Positions 20,577 through 28,531 of a stretch of 64,000 nucleotides of DNA are shown here, one piece after another (position 1 is the stretch's first letter; every line of letters starts with the position of its first letter). The DNA is from Candidatus Binatia bacterium. GTDB lineage: Bacteria; Desulfobacterota; Binatia; UBA9968. Both the position numbers and the translations under genes were made by a program. The notes beneath the pieces are model-generated. The model searched no databases. It was given only the letters and a program-made list of their open reading frames with translations, and was not told the DNA's origin. The stretch spans positions 623 to 64,622 of the forward strand of contig DASYUV010000252.1 in assembly GCA_036000865.1 (NCBI GenBank), in the 5' to 3' direction.

Positions 20577-22901
20577 ATGGCCCAATATAAGGTGATAGGA
20601 ACTCCTGTGGAACGAGTGGATGGTCCGGAGATGCTTTCCGGCCAAGCGTTGTACGCACCGGATATGAAACTGCCGGCCATGTTATGGGGAAAGATTTTGC
20701 GAAGTCCGATACCGCACGGAAAAGTTTTGCGCGTCGACGTGGAAAAAGCAAAGAAGCATCCGGGAGTGAAAGCGGTAATTTGCGCCAAAGACGTACCGGC
20801 GCGCCGGTATGGCTATGCCATCGAGGACGAACACATTTTTGCCATCGACAGGGTGCGTTATGTTGGCCAACCGATCGCCGCTGTGGCGGCCGTGGACGAA
20901 GATATCGCGGAAGAGGCGCTCTCATTGATCGAAGTCGATTACGACGAATTACCGGCGGTCTTTGACGCGGAAGAAGCCATCCGCGACGGCGCGCCGTTGG
21001 TGCATGAAGAGCTCGACAAATATAAAGCCCGCTCGGTGTACCTTGCGTCTTGGTACCCGGTGAAGGGGACCAACATCATGCATCAGGCCTCGAACCAACG
21101 CGGCGACGTAGAAGCCGCCCTCAAGAAGTCTGACTACGTTTTCGAAGACACTTTTCGCGCGAGCCAGATCCACCACAGCTACATGGAGCCCCATGCGACA
21201 CTTGTTGCGGTCCGCGGCGGCACGATTACCGTCTGGACCTGCTCCCAAGAAGTCTTTGAGCTGCGGACGGTCATGGCCGGTCTTTTCGGCGTGCCGGAAA
21301 GCAAAATGCGCGTGATCTGCACGAAGGTAGGCGGGGGCTTTGGCGGGAAAATCGAGCCGCGCCTTGAGCCGATCACCATCGCTCTTGCCATGAAGAGCGG
21401 GAAACCGGTGAAAATCGTCATGACAAGGACGGACGAATTTACCGCAGCCGCCGGGTCGACGCCGGCATTGGTGAAACTCAAAACCGGTGTCATGAAGGAC
21501 GGAACTCTGGTCGCGAGAGATATCGACTTTCTCTGGAATACCGGCGCGCATGCCGAAGGATTGGCGCCGAGCAATCGGGCCATGAAGGACGGCATCGGCC
21601 CCTACCGTATCCCTGACATCCGTGTGACCTCCACTCTGGTGTACACGAACAGGATTCGCGGCACGCAACTGCGGGGCTTGGGTGTGCCAGAGGGAGCGTG
21701 GGCCATAGAGTCGCAGACGGATATGATTGCCGAGCGACTGGGCATGGATCCGTTGGAGTTGCGGCTGAAAAACATACTTCATGAGGGCGATATAAATGCG
21801 ATCGGCGACGAGGTGCAGAGTATTGGTTTACGCGAATGTCTGGAAAAAGTCGCTGCGGAGATCGGCTGGGGAAAAGCCAAAGCGAGAAACGTCGGGCGCG
21901 GCCTGGCGGTGATTGCCAAATCGCCAACGACTCACTCCAGCATTTCCGGCGCCCATGTTCTGTTCAACGAGGACGGGAGCGCACAGGTGTTGGTGGGAGC
22001 GTCCGAAATAGGTCAGGGCATGTGTGTGGTCTTGTCTCAAATCGCAGCCGAAGAGCTTGGGATTCCGGTGGAAGCAGTGGGGATCACCTGCGCAGACACT
22101 GGCGCAACGCCCTACGACCGTGGGACTTTCTCGAGTCGAGTTACGTTTTATACCGGCATGGCCGTCAAGAAAGCTGCCGAGGACGCGAAAAAGCAGCTCC
22201 TCGAAATGGCTTCGAAGATGTCTGAGGTTCCGGAAAATGATTTGACGGTCGAGAACCAATGCGTCGTGTCAACGAAGCAGCCGCGCCTTTCACTCCCGTT
22301 TAGAAAAGTTCTGGAACAAGCTCACAATCGAGAGAAACCTATCTTGGGCCGGGGCTGGTATGGAGGAAAAGGCGATTACCCATCGCTCCCTCACAAAGCG
22401 CAGGGAAAAGAATACGTGCCTGGCTGGAAATATGCGGCCCAAGCCGTGGAAGTCGAGATCGACGAAGAGACCGGAATCATCAAAGTAAAAAGAATTGCCT
22501 CCGCCCACGATGTCGGCATGACTTTGAATCCGATCAGCGTCAGAGGCCAGATCACCGGCGGCGTCGTGATGGGACTCGGATACGCGCTTCACGAAAGGCT
22601 GCAGTTTGAAGACGGGAGGGTTATCAATCCCTCATTCATGGATTACAAGTTGCCGTCGGCTCATCAAATCCCGGAAATTGTTTCCATCCCCGTTGAGGTT
22701 CCGCTGCCGGAGGGGCCGTTTGGCGCCAAAGGCATTGGGGAGCTGGCCGTGGTTGGCATTGCTCCCGCTATCGGCAACGCCATTTGCGATGCGTTCAAGG
22801 TAAGGATCAAGGAACTGCCCCTTTTTCCGGAGCGAGTACTCACCGCGTTAGAGAGCGGTGGCGCCAACGATGCCGCGCGTTCTTCCGTGGCGAAGAAATG
22901 A
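20577..22901 (+). CDS. Molybdenum hydroxylase (xanthine dehydrogenase/aldehyde oxidase family) large MoCo subunit, copy 1
   Basis: 774 aa with the GGGFGGK motif, a ...RGLGVPEG loop and the C-terminal catalytic Glu context KGIGELAVVGIAPAI. Confidence 0.85.
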   Translation: MAQYKVIGTPVERVDGPEMLSGQALYAPDMKLPAMLWGKILRSPIPHGKVLRVDVEKAKKHPGVKAVICAKDVPARRYGYAIEDEHIFAIDRVRYVGQPIAAVAAVDEDIAEEALSLIEVDYDELPAVFDAEEAIRDGAPLVHEELDKYKARSVYLASWYPVKGTNIMHQASNQRGDVEAALKKSDYVFEDTFRASQIHHSYMEPHATLVAVRGGTITVWTCSQEVFELRTVMAGLFGVPESKMRVICTKVGGGFGGKIEPRLEPITIALAMKSGKPVKIVMTRTDEFTAAAGSTPALVKLKTGVMKDGTLVARDIDFLWNTGAHAEGLAPSNRAMKDGIGPYRIPDIRVTSTLVYTNRIRGTQLRGLGVPEGAWAIESQTDMIAERLGMDPLELRLKNILHEGDINAIGDEVQSIGLRECLEKVAAEIGWGKAKARNVGRGLAVIAKSPTTHSSISGAHVLFNEDGSAQVLVGASEIGQGMCVVLSQIAAEELGIPVEAVGITCADTGATPYDRGTFSSRVTFYTGMAVKKAAEDAKKQLLEMASKMSEVPENDLTVENQCVVSTKQPRLSLPFRKVLEQAHNREKPILGRGWYGGKGDYPSLPHKAQGKEYVPGWKYAAQAVEVEIDEETGIIKVKRIASAHDVGMTLNPISVRGQITGGVVMGLGYALHERLQFEDGRVINPSFMDYKLPSAHQIPEIVSIPVEVPLPEGPFGAKGIGELAVVGIAPAIGNAICDAFKVRIKELPLFPERVLTALESGGANDAARSSVAKK

Positions 22902-23938
22902 GAATAATAAGGTCGTGCGAGTCAGGATCCTCTAGGGAGACAAAAGGAGCAGTGAAAAGAGTCACGGCATACTTGCTCGTTTTTTTGGTCAGCGCTTGTT
23001 TTGGATACGCCGGCCACTGTGCCGAGCTCACCAAAGTGCGAGTTGGAAGTCTCATCACCGGGGAGTTCAGCCAAGCCTACATTGCGCAGAAAAAGGGTTT
23101 TTTCGAGAAGTATGGCCTTGCTGTTGAATTGATTTATTTCCAAGGCGGGTCTCAGGTGATTCAAGCGATGCTGGGGGGCGACGTTCCATTGACTGTGACT
23201 GCAGGTCCCGAGGGAGTGACGGCGAAGCTTCAGGGCGCTGATATTGCGCTGCTTGCAGCCAACAACCCGACGATGCATTTTACCTTGTTCGTCCCACCCG
23301 AGGTCAAAAATGCAGTTGATCTTAAAGGCAAGCGAGCGGGTGTCAGCCGTTTCGGTTCATCGTCGGACTTCTGCATCAGATATATTTTCAAGTCTCTGGG
23401 GATAGCGGAAAACGACGTTACGATTGTCCAGATCGGCGACAATCCGAGCCGGTTAGCCGCGCTCAGATCCGGCTCAATTCAAGCGTCGGTGTTTACTACC
23501 CCGAATACCGTACGTGCCAGAAAAGCTGGTTTCGTGGGTATGGTCGACGCTTACAAGCTGGGCCTTAAGTTTCACGGCAGCGGCATCGCCGCGACCGGTA
23601 CCTTCCTGCGCGAGAACCGACCTGTCGTCGAGCAGTTTTTCAAGGGGTTTTTGGAAGGTGTGGCCTTTGCGAAACAGCACAAGGATGAGAGCGTTCGTTT
23701 GATTAAGGAGTTCATGAAGCTTAGGGATCAGGACGAGGCCGAAGAGTCCTATCAGGTGATCATCCAGCAGATTCAGCCACGCAAGCCCTATCCCCTAAAG
23801 GAAGGTGTGGAAACCGTTCTTAAGGACCTGGAGACCAAGATCCCCAGGGCCAAGACCGTGAGGGCGGTGGATCTCGTCGACGATAGCATCGTCAAACGGT
23901 TGGACGAGAGCGGTTTCATTGACAGTCTCTATCGATAA
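22898..23938 (+). CDS. NMT1/SsuA-type solute-binding protein (SBP-3), possibly a lipoprotein
   Basis: The ATG at 22898 overlaps the upstream stop (ATGA). An alternative GTG lies at 22952. Signal peptide with a lipobox-like LVSAC, and the GVSRFGSSSDF motif. Confidence 0.75.
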   Translation: MRIIRSCESGSSRETKGAVKRVTAYLLVFLVSACFGYAGHCAELTKVRVGSLITGEFSQAYIAQKKGFFEKYGLAVELIYFQGGSQVIQAMLGGDVPLTVTAGPEGVTAKLQGADIALLAANNPTMHFTLFVPPEVKNAVDLKGKRAGVSRFGSSSDFCIRYIFKSLGIAENDVTIVQIGDNPSRLAALRSGSIQASVFTTPNTVRARKAGFVGMVDAYKLGLKFHGSGIAATGTFLRENRPVVEQFFKGFLEGVAFAKQHKDESVRLIKEFMKLRDQDEAEESYQVIIQQIQPRKPYPLKEGVETVLKDLETKIPRAKTVRAVDLVDDSIVKRLDESGFIDSLYR

Positions 23939-23951
23939 AGGACGCGACACC

Positions 23952-24917
23952 GTGACGCGAAGATTTTTGATTCTCGCTCTGCTCTTGCCCTTTTTTACCG
24001 GGATCGCCAGCGCGCAAACAGGACTAGAGAAAGTTAAAATCGCTGTATCGAGTCGCGGCATCGCTTTCATCGATCTTTATATCGCGCAGGATCGCGGTTT
24101 TTTTCGAGAAGAGGGGCTGGAGCCCGAGATAATCCAGGTGGCGGCGAACGTGGCTACCGCGGCGTTGGTTTCCGGGGAAGTGGATGCGCTAGGGGCAGTA
24201 GGCCTAGCCGCACGCGCGAGCCAATCGGGTTTACCGATTAAGGTGTTAGCAGTGACCGGTCATCGCGCGCTCTTCTGGCTTGTCAGCAAACCGCAGTTCA
24301 AATCCATTCCCGAGCTCAAGGGTATGACCTTGGGAATCACATCGCGCAACGGTAGCCAGCACTTGGTTGCCAACCGGCTTTTAGCAGCCGGGGGCCTCGA
24401 TCCTGCCAGAGATTTGTCGACCGTGGTCATCGGAGGGGCGCCGGCGCTTTTGCAAGCGCTCCTGGCCGGCTCTGTTCAGGTTACTGCACTTTCTCCGCCG
24501 ACGATTATCGTCGCGCGCGATAAGTTCAAAGTAAATATTTTATCCGAAACTCCAAAGGACTTTCTCAGCACTCAGGGAGGCTTTGCCGTGGCCGATCATA
24601 GTCTTGCGGACAAACGTGAGTTTGTGCGCCGCATGATGCGGGCTCGAACCAAGGCCTACCGTTACTTTCGTGAGAATGAAAAAGGGGCGAGCGAGACATT
24701 AGCAAAGTACACAAAACTCGACCTCCCGACGGCCGTCGAGACATATCGCATGTCCCGGTTCGGGTTTACCAATAGCGGCATTCTTACTGACACCGACATG
24801 GAAACATTGCTAAAACAAGACGCGAAGACGCTGGGGCTTGCCCATTCGGCATCGCCCGCGAAGGTGTTCGATTTCAGCGTACAGCGAGAGATCAACCGGG
24901 AATTGAGCATAAAGTAA
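23952..24917 (+). CDS. NMT1/SsuA-type solute-binding protein (SBP-4)
   Basis: The GTG start gives VTRRFLILALLLPFFTGIASA/QT, a signal peptide with a Tat-like TRRFL. It has the SBP fold pattern. The track ORF starts at a TTG at 23919. Confidence 0.75.
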   Translation: MTRRFLILALLLPFFTGIASAQTGLEKVKIAVSSRGIAFIDLYIAQDRGFFREEGLEPEIIQVAANVATAALVSGEVDALGAVGLAARASQSGLPIKVLAVTGHRALFWLVSKPQFKSIPELKGMTLGITSRNGSQHLVANRLLAAGGLDPARDLSTVVIGGAPALLQALLAGSVQVTALSPPTIIVARDKFKVNILSETPKDFLSTQGGFAVADHSLADKREFVRRMMRARTKAYRYFRENEKGASETLAKYTKLDLPTAVETYRMSRFGFTNSGILTDTDMETLLKQDAKTLGLAHSASPAKVFDFSVQREINRELSIK

Positions 24918-25144
24918 ATCCGACATGTCGATCTTTTCAGGCAGCGAAGGATCGTCAAAGAGGCCGGCTATTTCCACGAACAAGGCGTTGAGCCTCGGTG
25001 GATCACCATGAATTCGGACATTTAGGGAATCGGTAAGTTAAAGGGCACGCAGAGTCAATATCGAATGGTAATTTTGGACTCGCGATCTTAGTGGAATTGC
25101 ACGAATGAATCGTCTCACGGAAAATCCTCAGTCGGAGGTTAACG

Positions 25145-26491
25145 GTGCCTTTTAACGATCTAAGAGAGTTCTTGACGTTTCTAGAAGAGAAAGGCGAGTT
25201 GCTCAAGACTAAAAGACCCGTCGACGTAAAATTCGAGATCTCGTCTTACATTCGCAAAACCAGCGATCAGCGCGGTCCGGCGCTACTGTTCGAGAACGTA
25301 AAGAATTTCAACATGCCGGTGGTGGGCGGCGTATTTGCCACACGCGAAAGGGCTTTTCTCGCCCTGGAAACTTCGTCTCTAAATTATGTCCACAAGTTTC
25401 AAAATGCCTTGGATCATCTGCTGCCGCCGAAGATGGTTTCCAACGCGCCGTGCAAGGATGTTATCTACACGGGGAACGATGTCGACCTAACGCAGCTTCC
25501 CATCCCGGTTTTTTCGGAAAAAGATCCCGCCCCTTTCATTACCCTCGGGTTGTCGATCAGTCGAGATCCCAAGAGCGGAGGAAAAAATACGTCGATCTAT
25601 AGACTCCAGCTCAAGGGGCGCAATCGGCTCGGCATCATGGCGCAACATCTCGTTCGCCAGCTGGTTGAGGCAGAATCGGTGGGGAAGGGTCTGCCTATCG
25701 CCGTTGCCATCGGAACAGATCCGGTGATCCCTCTCGCGACCCAGTGGATGGCTCCTTATGGCACCGACGAAATGGCATTGGCGGGTGCACTCAGGGGAGA
25801 GCCCGTTGAGGTAGTTAAAGCCGAAACGGTCGATCTGGAAATCCCCGCCACTGCTGAGATCGTCATTGAGGGAACCGTCTTGCCGAATATAAGAGAGGAA
25901 GAAGGGCCGTTCGGGGAAGTGTCAGGATATTATACTCCGGCAAATCCTAAACCCCTTATTCAAGTAAGTGCGATCACCCACCGCAAAAATCCGATTTTTC
26001 AGGCTGCTCTCACCGGAATGCCGACGACAGAGAATCATATTCTAAAGCAACTGCCGTTGGAGGCGACCTTTTATTGGATGCTCAAAAAGGAGTTTCCTGG
26101 AGTGACCGCTGTTCACTTTCCCGCTGCGGGCACGGTGGGGATGATTTCCGTCATTGCGATGAAACAAACTTATGAGTGCGAGGCGAGAAACGTGATCGCA
26201 ACCATGATGGGCACCCGCCGCAACAAGATCACTATTGTTGTGGACGAGGACATTGATATTTATGACATGGAAAAAGTTCTTTGGGCGATCGCCACACGGA
26301 CTCAGGCGGATGAAGACGTTGTCATTTTCCCTCGTTTGGTAGCGACGGCCATGGATCCTTCGGTGAAGAAACTGCGCGTGGGTTCGAGCCTCGGCATCGA
26401 CGCGACCAAGCCCTTTGGCCAACAATTTGCGGAAATGGTCAGAATCCCCGGTGCGGAAAGCGTTTCGCTGGATGACCTAAAGAAGTACTGA
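25145..26491 (+). CDS. UbiD-family decarboxylase (UbiD-2, short ~450-aa type)
   Basis: GTG start after GGAGG, with the EEGPFGEVSGYYTP motif. Confidence 0.8.
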   Translation: MPFNDLREFLTFLEEKGELLKTKRPVDVKFEISSYIRKTSDQRGPALLFENVKNFNMPVVGGVFATRERAFLALETSSLNYVHKFQNALDHLLPPKMVSNAPCKDVIYTGNDVDLTQLPIPVFSEKDPAPFITLGLSISRDPKSGGKNTSIYRLQLKGRNRLGIMAQHLVRQLVEAESVGKGLPIAVAIGTDPVIPLATQWMAPYGTDEMALAGALRGEPVEVVKAETVDLEIPATAEIVIEGTVLPNIREEEGPFGEVSGYYTPANPKPLIQVSAITHRKNPIFQAALTGMPTTENHILKQLPLEATFYWMLKKEFPGVTAVHFPAAGTVGMISVIAMKQTYECEARNVIATMMGTRRNKITIVVDEDIDIYDMEKVLWAIATRTQADEDVVIFPRLVATAMDPSVKKLRVGSSLGIDATKPFGQQFAEMVRIPGAESVSLDDLKKY

Positions 26492-26616
26492 AAACAAATT
26501 TTAGCAAAGAAGGATGAGAATGATTGTTGTACAAGGAGCCGATAAATACCGCGTCATTGAAGTGGCTTGATCAGAGCGAGCTCAAAGATGCCGCTGTTTG
26601 TCGTTCAGGAGGATAG

Positions 26617-27066
26617 ATGAAATTTCAGGGAAATCTGTTGATCGGACGACCCATAGAAAAAGTATGGGAGTTTTTGTGGGATGTCGAAAAGCTGTCCCAC
26701 TGCATTCCGGGATGTCAGGGAGTTAAGACCTTAAAAGAGCGCGAAAAATATGAATTGAGCGTAAAGGACAGCGTCGGTCCCATTACCGTACAGTTTGAGT
26801 TGTTGGCCAACGTGAAGAAGTTGGAGCCATTGAAGAAAATTGAAATTGCCATGGAGGGGAAGGACTTCAAGGCGGGAGGTGTGCGTCAGACCATGGCGCT
26901 CGCGCTCAGCTCGAAAGGCAATGACACTCAAGTGGATTTTGAAACCGACGTCAACGTGTTCGGAAGGTTAGGCACGCTGGGTTATCCTTTCGTCAAGAAA
27001 AAGGCGGAAGCTGTCATTAAAGAGTTTGGAGACAAGGTTAAAGGCGCTATCGAAGCAAATTCGTAA
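26617..27066 (+). CDS. CoxG-like SRPBCC protein (Mo-hydroxylase accessory subunit G)
   Basis: 149 aa. The WEFLWDVEKLSHCIPGC N-terminus is typical of CoxG. It lies upstream of the FAD and FeS subunits. Confidence 0.75.
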   Translation: MKFQGNLLIGRPIEKVWEFLWDVEKLSHCIPGCQGVKTLKEREKYELSVKDSVGPITVQFELLANVKKLEPLKKIEIAMEGKDFKAGGVRQTMALALSSKGNDTQVDFETDVNVFGRLGTLGYPFVKKKAEAVIKEFGDKVKGAIEANS

Positions 27067-27086
27067 CCGGCGCAAGGGAGCAAGTC

Positions 27087-27974
27087 ATGAGTGAGAGGAA
27101 ATTAGTCAGACCCGATACCCTGGACGAAGCGTTGGGTCAGCGTGAGCACTACCAGAAAGATGCGTTGCCCATCGCCGGAGGGCAGTCGCTCTTGGTGTTG
27201 TTGCGGAACAAACTGATCGATCCCAAAGTCTTGATCGATCTCGAGCGGCTTGGAGAGTTGCGAGGCCTGCGGCGTCGGACGGAAGGGATGTCGATTGGAG
27301 CGATGACGACGATCGACAATCTTGCGTCGTCATCCGAGGTGCGAGCGGCGATCCCGATCTTGAGCCAGGCAGCATCCAAGGTGGGTTCGACGGCGATTCG
27401 AAATCTCGGAACGATAGGCGGCAACCTCTGTCACAATGAACCGGGAGCGGACTTGCCGCCGGCACTCTTGGCTGTAGACGCCGTTGCAGAACTTCGCAGT
27501 ACGAAAAAAACAAGAAAAGTTCCGTTGCGGGAGTTCTTTCGCGGTTATTTCGAGACTGCCGTTGCGCCGGATGAGCTCCTTTGCGGTATCGACATTCCAA
27601 ATTTACCCGGTGGAGCGTCGGGCGTTTATCTTAAACACGCCATTAGCGCGGAGGATCTTGCAATTGCGGGGGTCGCCATTGTGCTCATTCCGGATGAGAA
27701 GCGATCTCGCGTGGCGCGAGAGATACGAATCGGTTTGGGAGGCGTGGCCCCGGTGCCTTTTAGGGCGAGCAAAGCTGAAAACGTCGTCCGCGGTGTAGCG
27801 CTCGATGACGCAGTAGTCCGGGAAGCCGGAGAAATCGCGTCATCCGAGGCCGAGCCGATGACCGATCCTCACGGATCCGCCGACTATCGGCGAAAAATGG
27901 TTAAGGTCCTTGTGCGCAGGGCGATCTTAGCAGCTATCGAGCAATCGGAAAGGAACGGTCATGGCAAAGCTTAA
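27087..27974 (+). CDS. Mo-hydroxylase FAD-binding medium subunit (CoxM-like)
   Basis: PIAGGQSLLVLLRNKL FAD-binding motif. There is no Cys-rich insertion, so it is not the HcrB type. Confidence 0.85.
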   Translation: MSERKLVRPDTLDEALGQREHYQKDALPIAGGQSLLVLLRNKLIDPKVLIDLERLGELRGLRRRTEGMSIGAMTTIDNLASSSEVRAAIPILSQAASKVGSTAIRNLGTIGGNLCHNEPGADLPPALLAVDAVAELRSTKKTRKVPLREFFRGYFETAVAPDELLCGIDIPNLPGGASGVYLKHAISAEDLAIAGVAIVLIPDEKRSRVAREIRIGLGGVAPVPFRASKAENVVRGVALDDAVVREAGEIASSEAEPMTDPHGSADYRRKMVKVLVRRAILAAIEQSERNGHGKA

Positions 27975-28425
27975 ACTGCAAATCAACGGCGAAGAGATTG
28001 AGCTAGAAGCAAAGGAGACAATGCTGTTGCTGGATGTTCTCCGAGAAGGCATGGGACTAACGGGTACGAAGCGGGGGTGCGAGACGAGTCACTGCGGCGC
28101 GTGCACCGTGTTGCTGGACGGAATGGCCGTGCATAGTTGCGTGGTTTTAGCGGCGCGATGTGAGGGAAAAGAGATCGCAACCGTGGAGGGATTGGGCGAG
28201 GGAGGCGAGCTGAACGAGCTGCAACGGCAGTTTCTCAAGCACGGCGCGCTGCAGTGCGGCTATTGTACGCCCGGGATTTTGATGGCCGCAACGGCGCTAC
28301 TCCAGCGCAATCCGCGACCGAGTCTGGAGGAAATCAAAATCGGGCTGGACGGAAACCTATGCCGTTGCACGGGCTACACAGGAATCTTCGATGCAATCCA
28401 GGCCTGCGCGCTGGCGGGCAAATAA
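27961..28425 (+). CDS. Mo-hydroxylase [2Fe-2S] small subunit (CoxS-like)
   Basis: GCETSHCGACTV and QCGYCTPG...CRCTGY cluster motifs. It overlaps the medium-subunit gene by 14 nt. Confidence 0.9.
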   Translation: MAKLKLQINGEEIELEAKETMLLLDVLREGMGLTGTKRGCETSHCGACTVLLDGMAVHSCVVLAARCEGKEIATVEGLGEGGELNELQRQFLKHGALQCGYCTPGILMAATALLQRNPRPSLEEIKIGLDGNLCRCTGYTGIFDAIQACALAGK

Positions 28426-28451
28426 ACCCAGCGCGCGGTTGAAGGTTTCCG

Positions 28452-28506
28452 GTTCAAAGTTCAATGTTCCGAAGAGACATTGAACATTGAACCTTGAACG
28501 TTGAAC
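28452..28506. repeat. Palindromic array of TTGAACN heptads (intercistronic hairpin)
   Basis: GTTCAAAGTTCAATGTTC (28452-28469) pairs 17/18 with GAACATTGAACCTTGAAC (28482-28499), followed by one more heptad. The 20-mer at 28487-28506 recurs at 36666-36685. Confidence 0.7.
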
Positions 28507-28531
28507 AAAACGTAGTTCACGAGGCTTGCAG

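Noticed and set aside
20949-21782. 277-aa minus-strand ORF inside Mo-hydroxylase L1 (likewise 28793-29656 inside L2)
   Set aside because: These are shadow frames opposite well-supported genes. They have no recognisable motifs and Arg/Pro/Gly-rich composition.
26514-26570. 16-18-codon mini-ORF (M(RM)IVVQGADKYRVIEVA) between UbiD-2 and coxG as a leader peptide
   Set aside because: An AAGGA lies at reasonable spacing from the second ATG, but there is no attenuator-like structure, no conservation evidence and no regulatory-codon bias. It is too speculative to call.
28452-28506. CRISPR array (heptad repeats here and at 36666-36693)
   Set aside because: The repeat unit is 7 nt with no spacers, and the total length is under 60 nt. 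There are no cas genes in the window. No CRISPR-like array was seen anywhere.
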